This document shows, one piece after another, positions 60,977 through 64,000 of a DNA stretch of 64,000 bases; within the stretch, counting starts at the first letter, position 1; each line of letters begins with the position of its first letter. The DNA is from an uncultured Gammaproteobacteria bacterium (GTDB lineage Bacteria > Pseudomonadota > Gammaproteobacteria > DRLM01). The stretch is taken from contig CAVSNY010000004.1 in assembly GCA_963729605.1 (NCBI GenBank), positions 192,001-256,000 of the forward strand, in the 5' to 3' direction. The position numbers and the translations under genes are program-made. The notes under the pieces are model-generated. The model was not told where the DNA came from. It made no database searches and saw nothing but the letters and a program-made list of their open reading frames with translations.

Positions 60977-61072
60977 TCTTAAAATTCCCCGCGGCAAGCC
61001 GCGGGGAGCAAGCGATGAGAGATATTTCAAGGAGGGGCGAGTCTGGCGAGGGGCGCGATTCTCCCCCTTGAG
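60972..61072 (+). repeat. Repeat family B copy
   Basis: tttaatcttaaaattccccgcggcaagccgcgggg...gaggggcgcgattctccccctt; begins at the LysR stop codon. Confidence 0.72.
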
Positions 61073-61362
61073 CTGGCGGCCGTTTCGCGAGGGCATCGAT
61101 GTCCATCGTTTGTAGGGCGGCCATGACGACGGGCTGGCGGCCTTGTTGCGTTACCAGCCGGGCGCCACGGCGCCACTGCATGTCCACGAAGGTATCGAAC
61201 ATATTTTGGCAGTGAGCGGCGGCGCCAGTCCGGCGAGCACGGCCCTTACGCGGTGGCTTCTTGCTGATCAGCCCACCGGCTTCCAGGCATCGCGTCACCA
61301 GCGCCGAGGGCCGCATCATGCCGGCGATCTGGCAACGCCCCGTGCGTTTCTGGATCGACTGA
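61068..61362 (+). pseudogene. ChrR-like cupin pseudogene
   Basis: LSWRPFREGIDVHRL*GG..ALLRYQPGATAPLHVHEGIEHILAVSG / QSGEHGPYA / LLISPPASRHRVTSAEG..IWQRPVRF: one in-frame stop, two frameshifts, no start. Confidence 0.75.
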
Positions 61363-61426
61363 GGGGCTTGGCTTGCCCGGCGCTTCCATCCCCCGCAAAT
61401 CGCAACGAGGACTTCAAGCCGATTAA

Positions 61427-61574
61427 GAAAGCTCTGAATAATGGCATCCTGGAAGTTTCAGAGCACGGGAAGCGAAAATGTGGTTTCGCTGCCCTGCATT
61501 TTCGATGGTTAACGCCGTTGAAAATGGCGGCACATCCGTGTGTCGCGTGCATCTCTGAATAAATCAGAGGTTCC
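61427..61574 (-). mobile_element. Repeat family A copy 4 (inverted)
   Basis: TTAA on both sides; gaaagctctgaataat...tgaataaatcagaggttcc colinear with the reverse complement of copy 1. Confidence 0.8.
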
Positions 61575-61670
61575 TTAACGGTCCTCGGGAACTAAATCAT
61601 CGCACGTGGGTGCTCGCGCCCCCGATGCTCAAGTCGATTTTGAGAGAGTTCTCATCATCTTCTCCGCGCT

Positions 61671-61698
61671 TAAAGCTTCAAGACGGCATTGCCGTTAT
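61671..61698 (+). promoter_or_regulatory. Possible sigma28 promoter
   Basis: TAAAG-N15-GCCGTTAT, same spacing as the fliC promoter, about 80 nt upstream of the kinase gene. Confidence 0.45.
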
Positions 61699-61780
61699 CC
61701 GTCCTGGGCATCACCCGTTTTCCGATGGGACGGGATGCTTAACTGTGGTTAGAAGACGCTGTTAATCCAGGCATATTAGG

Positions 61781-63211
61781 ATGGAGAGCATGGACACCGA
61801 TCAAATAGAAGTTTCATGGGTTGAAGAACTGTTCAGGCTCGGTGCCGACATGGTCCGGGAAAAACCAGCGACGGTATTGGGCCGGCTTCTGTCGCACACC
61901 GTCGCGGGTTTTAAGTCTTCCAGCGGTTGCTTGGCCTTGCTGGGGGAAGATCAGCAGAGTTTGAGTATCGTCGCCGGCGTGGATTTGCCGCCGCATCTGA
62001 TCGGCCACAGCATTCGCCATGGCGAGGGGATCATCGGCCGGGTCGCCGCGTCCCGCCAGCCGCTTTTATTGGAGGGCGATATCTCCAAAGACCCGCGCTA
62101 CAGGGAGGCGGTCGAAAAACGTGAGCGGCCGCGGCCGGCCTCGGCGCTGTGTTTGCCCCTGCAATTGGAGCAGCGCCTGTTCGGCGTGGTGACCCTCAAT
62201 CGGTCCAGCGGCATGTCCTCATTCACCGAAGCGGATGTCCGGCGCGGCCAAGCGGCGGCCAATCTCATGACCCTGGTGATGCATAACGCCAGGTCGCAGG
62301 CGGTCCAGCAGCAGAAAATCCGCGAATTGGAAATATTGAACGGCGAAGTCAGCGCGATGAATCGCCGTCTTGAAAGCGCCCACAGCGAACTGACTCACGC
62401 GGAGAAGATGATCGCGATCGGGCGCCTGGCCGCCGGGGTCGCTCATGGAATCAATAATCCGGCGAGTTATGTCAATTCCAATCTCTATACCCTGCACGGT
62501 TATATGGATGACTTGTTTGCCCTGCTGGATGCCTACGCCGAACTGGACGGCGTATTTCCCGAACACGAGGCGGTGAAGGCGATCCACGCCTTGAAGCAAC
62601 GTATCGATCTCGCTTATCTCAAGGGCGATAGCGCCGATCTGCTCCGGGAATCCCAGGAAGGCGTCGAACGGATACGACTAATCGTGTGCGATCTTCAGCA
62701 ATTTTCCCAAGCGGAAAGCACCGCCTGGCAATGGGTCGATCTGCATCAAGGCATGGAGAGTGCCCTCAATCTCTTCCGCAACGAGATCAAATGCAAGGCC
62801 GACGTCGTCAAGGAATACGGCGATCTGCCGCCGGTGAAATGCATCCCCTCGCAAATCAATCAGGTGTTCATTAGCCTGTTGCTGAACGCGCTGCAGGCCA
62901 TCGAAGGCCAGGGCGTCATCACCGTGCGCAGCGGCGTCGAATCCGCATGGATCTGGTTCGAGGTGCAGGATAACGGTAAAGGTATCGCGCCCGACCATGT
63001 GCATCACATCTTCGAACCCTTCTTTACCACCAATCCGGTCGGCAAGGGTACCGGTCTTGGCTTGTCGGTATCCTGGAATATCGTCTCCAGGCACGGCGGG
63101 TGTTTCGAAGTAAAAAGCGTATTGGGAGAAGGATCCCGATTTCGAGTCTGTTTACCCCGCGCCGGCACCGCGGTCGCTGAAATAGCGAGCGATAAGGCGA
63201 CCCCTTCGTGA
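61781..63211 (+). CDS. GAF-domain sensor histidine kinase (NtrB-like)
   Basis: GAF (GEGIIGRVA, LCLPL), AHGINNP H-box, QINQVF..NALQA, DNGKGI, FFTT..GKGTGLGL. Confidence 0.9.
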   Translation: MESMDTDQIEVSWVEELFRLGADMVREKPATVLGRLLSHTVAGFKSSSGCLALLGEDQQSLSIVAGVDLPPHLIGHSIRHGEGIIGRVAASRQPLLLEGDISKDPRYREAVEKRERPRPASALCLPLQLEQRLFGVVTLNRSSGMSSFTEADVRRGQAAANLMTLVMHNARSQAVQQQKIRELEILNGEVSAMNRRLESAHSELTHAEKMIAIGRLAAGVAHGINNPASYVNSNLYTLHGYMDDLFALLDAYAELDGVFPEHEAVKAIHALKQRIDLAYLKGDSADLLRESQEGVERIRLIVCDLQQFSQAESTAWQWVDLHQGMESALNLFRNEIKCKADVVKEYGDLPPVKCIPSQINQVFISLLLNALQAIEGQGVITVRSGVESAWIWFEVQDNGKGIAPDHVHHIFEPFFTTNPVGKGTGLGLSVSWNIVSRHGGCFEVKSVLGEGSRFRVCLPRAGTAVAEIASDKATPS

Positions 63212-64000
63212 TGTTCGAGGTGGCGCCGCGCCACTCCCTTCCCAAGGCACTGCGGGGAATCGTGTGCCTGATTTTCATGATCGCCCTGGTCATGGCCGGT
63301 TATTCCATCTGGCTGACCACTTCGATCGTCGATCGCCATGCCGCGCTCTTGAAACTCAGCGAAAGCATGCGCGATCACGCGAACTCGCTTTATCGCAGAC
63401 TGGTCATCGCCGAAAGCGACGGTTATGAATACGCGAGTGTGCTCGCTTTGGTGGACGCAGAGCTTCGGCTGGTGCATATCGGCTTGGAGGGCGGCGGTAC
63501 CGACGAAGTGATCCTGCATGCGGTGCGCAACGCCGATTTGCGCGAGGACTTGAAAAACATCCACGATCTGTTGAGGCCATGGCGAGATCGACTGGCGCTG
63601 CTCGCGCCGGAGAAAAATGCCTTGTACAAGGCGCGGCCGGACGACATTTCCTTATCCGACGATTTGCTGATCCTGGTCGATGCCATGGCGGCGGACGTGC
63701 AAACCGTCATCGTCAAAGACGGCCGCCGCTTGATCTGGACCAATGCGATTACCTTGCTCGTGTTGCTGACCTTGTTCGCCTATATCCTGCTACGCAGGCG
63801 GCGTTATCAGCGGGGTATCGTCACGCGCGCGCAGGAACTCGATGAACTGGTGGGTCGGCGTACCATGGAGTTGCAACAAGCCCTCGACAATAATGCCGAA
63901 CAGATGGCGGCCTTGCGTGTGGCCAATATCCGTATTCTCGCCATGGACGAGGTCTTTAATAAATTGCGGGAGATCGCCCAGCGATTATTCATGGATCGCG
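63211..64000 (+). CDS. Membrane-bound sensor protein (2 TM, periplasmic domain, coiled coil), 3'-truncated
   Basis: TGATG overlap with the kinase stop; frame MFEVAPRHSLPKALRGIVCLIFMIALV... open to the window end; ELVGRRTMEL signalling-helix motif; absent from the ORF track because it has no stop in the window. Confidence 0.8.
   Translation, partial: MFEVAPRHSLPKALRGIVCLIFMIALVMAGYSIWLTTSIVDRHAALLKLSESMRDHANSLYRRLVIAESDGYEYASVLALVDAELRLVHIGLEGGGTDEVILHAVRNADLREDLKNIHDLLRPWRDRLALLAPEKNALYKARPDDISLSDDLLILVDAMAADVQTVIVKDGRRLIWTNAITLLVLLTLFAYILLRRRRYQRGIVTRAQELDELVGRRTMELQQALDNNAEQMAALRVANIRILAMDEVFNKLREIAQRLFMDR

Noticed and set aside
38990-61574. Repeats as a CRISPR array or integron attC cassettes
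   Set aside because: Dispersed, not regularly spaced, mixed orientation, and no cas or intI genes

Overview
Gammaproteobacterial-type chromosomal region. Positions 1-43.5 kb hold a contiguous polar-flagellum/chemotaxis cluster of the FleQ/FleSR/FliA type: flgK(partial)-flgL-fliC-flaG-fliDST-PilZ-fleQSR-fliEFGHIJKLMNOPQR-flhBAF-fleN-fliA-cheYZAB-motCD-parA-cheW-like-cheW-small ORF-DUF2802. These are followed by a REC-GGDEF-EAL gene, a stand-alone FlhB C-terminal domain gene and a second FliK-like gene. The right-hand 20 kb is mixed: a GYF_2/pentapeptide membrane protein, the AmmeMemoRadiSam trio, MipA, Fe-ADH, YbaK, HIT, two more GGDEF-EAL genes, a LysR-regulated NmrA-DoxX-DODA module, a cupin pseudogene and sensor genes. 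The most notable things the gene list does not explain are: (i) a ~150-bp TTAA-flanked, MITE-like repeat (4 copies plus 1 relic) whose internal hairpins show compensatory base changes; (ii) a second, GC-hairpin repeat family found near it; (iii) two small ORFs whose likely starts the ORF track misses; (iv) sigma28-like promoters in front of both REC-GGDEF-EAL genes and a histidine kinase. No rRNA, tRNA, CRISPR array or transposase was seen. All calls come from reading the sequence by eye; no database searches were run.
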